Assembly: GCA_036172245.1 (NCBI GenBank)
Contig: JAYWIR010000040.1
Span: 1,984,001 to 2,009,156 of the forward strand
Length of the DNA: 25,156 nt
Direction: 5' to 3'
From: Raillietiella orientalis
Lineage: Eukaryota
Below the pieces are notes generated by a model that did no database searches, was not told the origin of the DNA, and was given only the letters and a program-made list of their open reading frames with translations. Shown piece after piece: positions 22,384-25,156 of the stretch. The position numbers were made by a program, and so were the translations under genes. How positions within the stretch are numbered: position 1 is the first letter of the stretch; every line of letters starts with the position of its first letter.

Positions 22384-22900
22384 GGCCACAGACAGAGAAG
22401 AGGCTGCTTTCCCACGCTTCTTCCATCTCTGTCCAGAAAAGCCTCCCGCCCATGCGTCACGTGCATCCTTGCCAGTCTCCGCCTTCCAGGTCCCTCGCAG
22501 CAACCTGCAATTCCGGCGAGGCGCTTACGGGCGGGACTGGTGGCTCCGCGATTCCTATCCGGCGTGCAGGAGAAGACGGGAATTCCGAGAAACGTCCAAA
22601 TCCGCTCCCTGGTCGTCCACGCCTTGGGACTGCGAAGGCGTCAACAGGCGGAAAAGTTCATTTTTGCCTCCGGTGAACGTCCCTCCTGAGCAGTGGAGCG
22701 CATTGATTCTCTCTCTCTCTCTGTCGTGCTGCCGGCGAGAAGAAGAAATAAAATATAGTAAAATAAAATAAAAATGGGAACCTCTGGCATGCGATCCCGG
22801 CGCGTCGAAAACGCGATTCCGGAGCGTAACGGAATTCTCATTGTGACGTTAGGAAACCTCGGCGAAGGAAGCGCCGCGCTGCAATTTTTCCTCTTTTTTT

Positions 22901-22920
22901 TGTGTGTGTGTGTGTGTGTG
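22901..22920. repeat. (TG)10 microsatellite flanked by T runs
   Basis: Read directly. Confidence 0.95.
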
Positions 22921-23143
22921 TTTTTTGTTTGTGTTACGCTTCACGCGCAGATTTCGGGTTACGTTCGTACGTCGGGCGAAGAGCCGAGCCCGTTCTCTCG
23001 GGCGAGCGTGCCGGAGTGGGGCTGCGGCCCGCCGAAGTCGGCGGGCTCCGTCTTTCTCCAGACCGAGAAAGAGCACTGCTTGCCCATTTTTCTCTTTTGC
23101 GAACGCAGACGCATGAGGATGGAGCAACGGCAATAAATCAAGA

Positions 23144-25156
23144 CCGCAAGCTGCAAATGGACGCTTCGGAGAGAGGCGCAAAAGTGCAAAGGTGTCATCT
23201 GCTGATTTCGAATTGATTACAAACCTTTAAACGTCCAAATTCGGTCCACATAATGATTCAAGTAGAAATAAAACATTCCCTTTGTAATTACGACACTGGT
23301 AACCATGAAAACGAAAAAGAGTCCAAAGTGTCCCACCCTATGGAAAGGACGCACTTTTCTCAATGTTCTTCTGAACCCAGTCAAATGTACGTATGTGCAG
23401 CTATCCATGACACGAATTTGCCGCTCCCTGCAAATGGACGCTCCGGGGAGAGGCGCAAAAGTGCAATGTATCATCTGCTTATTTCGAATTGATTACAAAC
23501 CCTGAAACTTCCAAATTCGGTCCACATAATGATTCAAAGAGAAGGAAAACATTCCCTTTCTAATTACGACACTGGTAACCATGAAAACGAAACAGAATCC
23601 AAAGTGCCCCACCCTAAGGAAAGGACGCACTCCTCTCAATGTTCTTCTGAACCCAGTCAAATGTACGTATGTGCAGCTATCCGTTACACGAATTTGCCGC
23701 TCGCTGCAAATGGACGCTTCGGGGAGACGCGCAAAAGTGCAAAGGTGTCATCTGCTAATTTCGATCTGATTACAAACCTTTAAACGTCCAAATTCGGTCC
23801 ACATAATGACTCAAGTAGAAGTAAAACATTCCCTTTCTAATTACGACACTGGTAACCATGAAAACGAAACAGAGTCCAAAGTGCCCCACCCTAAGGAAAG
23901 GACGCACTCCTCCCAATGTTCTTCTGAACCCAGTCAAATGTACGTATGTGCAGCAATCCATGACACGAATTTGCCGCTCCCTGCAAATGGACGCTTCGGG
24001 GAGAGGCGTAAAAGTGCAAAGGTGTCATCTGCTTATTTCGAATTGATTACAAACCCTGAAACGTCCTAATTCGGTCCACATAATGAATCACAGAGAAGGA
24101 AAACATTTTATTTCTAATTCCCACACTGGTAACCATGAAAACGAAACAGAGTCCAAAGTGCCCCACCCTAAGGAAAGGACGCACTCCTCCCAATGTTCTT
24201 CTGAACCCAGTCAAATGTACGTGTGAGCAGCTTTCCATGACACGAATTTGCCGCAAGCTGCAAATGGACGCTTCGGAGAGAGGCGCAAAAGTGCAAAGGT
24301 GCCATCTGCTGATTTCGAATTGATTACAAACTTTGAAACGTCCAAATTCGGTCCACATAATGATTCAAGTAGAAGTAAAACATTCTTTTTGTAATTACGA
24401 CACTGGTAACCATGAAAACGAAACAGAGTAAAAGTGCCTCACCCTATGGAAAGGACGCACTTTTCTCAATGTTCTTCTGAACCCAGTCAAATGTACGTGT
24501 GTGCAGCTTTCCATGACACGAATTTGCCGCTCGCTGCAAATGGACGCTTCGGAGAGAGGCGCAAAAGTGCAAAGGTGTCATCTGCTGATTTCGAATTGAT
24601 TACAAACCCTGAAACTTCCAAATTCGGTCCACATAATGAATCACAGAGAAGGAAAACATTCCATTTCTAATGCCGACACTGGTAACCATGAAAACGAAAC
24701 AGAGTTAAAGTGCCCCACCCTATGGAAAGAACGCACTTTTCTCAATGTTCTTCTGAACCCAGTCAAATGTACGTGTGTGGAGCTTTCCATGACACGAATT
24801 TGCCCGTCGCTGCAAATGGACGCTTCAGAGAGAGGCGCAAAAGTGCAAAGGTGTCATCTGCTTATTTCGAATTGATTACAAACCCTTAAACGTCCAAATT
24901 GGGTCCACATAGTGAATCAAAGAAAAGGAAAACATTCCCTGTCTAATTCCGACACTGGTAACCATGAAAACGAAACAGAGTCCAAAGTGCCCCACCCTAA
25001 GGAAAGGACGCACTCCTCTTAATGTTCTTCTGAACCCAGTCAAATGTACGTATGTGCAGGTATCCATGACACGAATTTGCCGCTCGCTGCAAATGGACGC
25101 TTCGGGGAGAGGCGCAAAAGTGCAAAGGTGTCATCTGTTGATTTCGAATTGATTAC
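23144..25156. repeat. Tandem satellite DNA, 276-277 bp monomer, ~7.3 copies, runs off the window end
   Basis: The anchor GATTAC recurs at 23215, 23491, 23768, 24045, 24322, 24598, 24874 and 25151 (spacings 276, 277, 277, 277, 276, 276, 277). Monomers align along their whole length with scattered substitutions. Confidence 0.98.

Noticed and set aside
23190..23215. Hammerhead ribozyme in the satellite monomer
   Set aside because: The minus strand has cgaaa and cagatga, but the core should be CTGANGA and the required stems are not present.
23144..25156. CRISPR array or repeated small genes
   Set aside because: The entire 277-bp unit repeats with no unique spacers and no cas genes are present. 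The recurring 62-87 aa ORFs are by-products of the repeat and are broken differently between copies.

Overview
Eukaryotic, probably invertebrate heterochromatin-like window (host not identifiable) with no intact protein-coding gene. Bases 1 to ~22.7 kb hold densely packed, heavily decayed transposons: several Ty3/Gypsy gag-pol relics in both orientations, one BEL/Pao relic, a possible hAT relic, a decayed coiled-coil pseudo-exon and a tRNA-like fragment. From 23144 to the window end there is a 276-277 bp tandem satellite with higher-order structure. The best-supported signal is a U2 snRNA 5' fragment (13056-13093) fused directly to a degenerate restriction-like-endonuclease non-LTR retrotransposon whose motifs match the U2-targeting Utopia family (~13094-14970). 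A possible degraded U2 3' end follows at ~15011-15067. The LTR-element and hAT calls are by-eye motif matches across frameshifts, compared with consensus sequences recalled from memory, and need HMM confirmation. Their boundaries are approximate.
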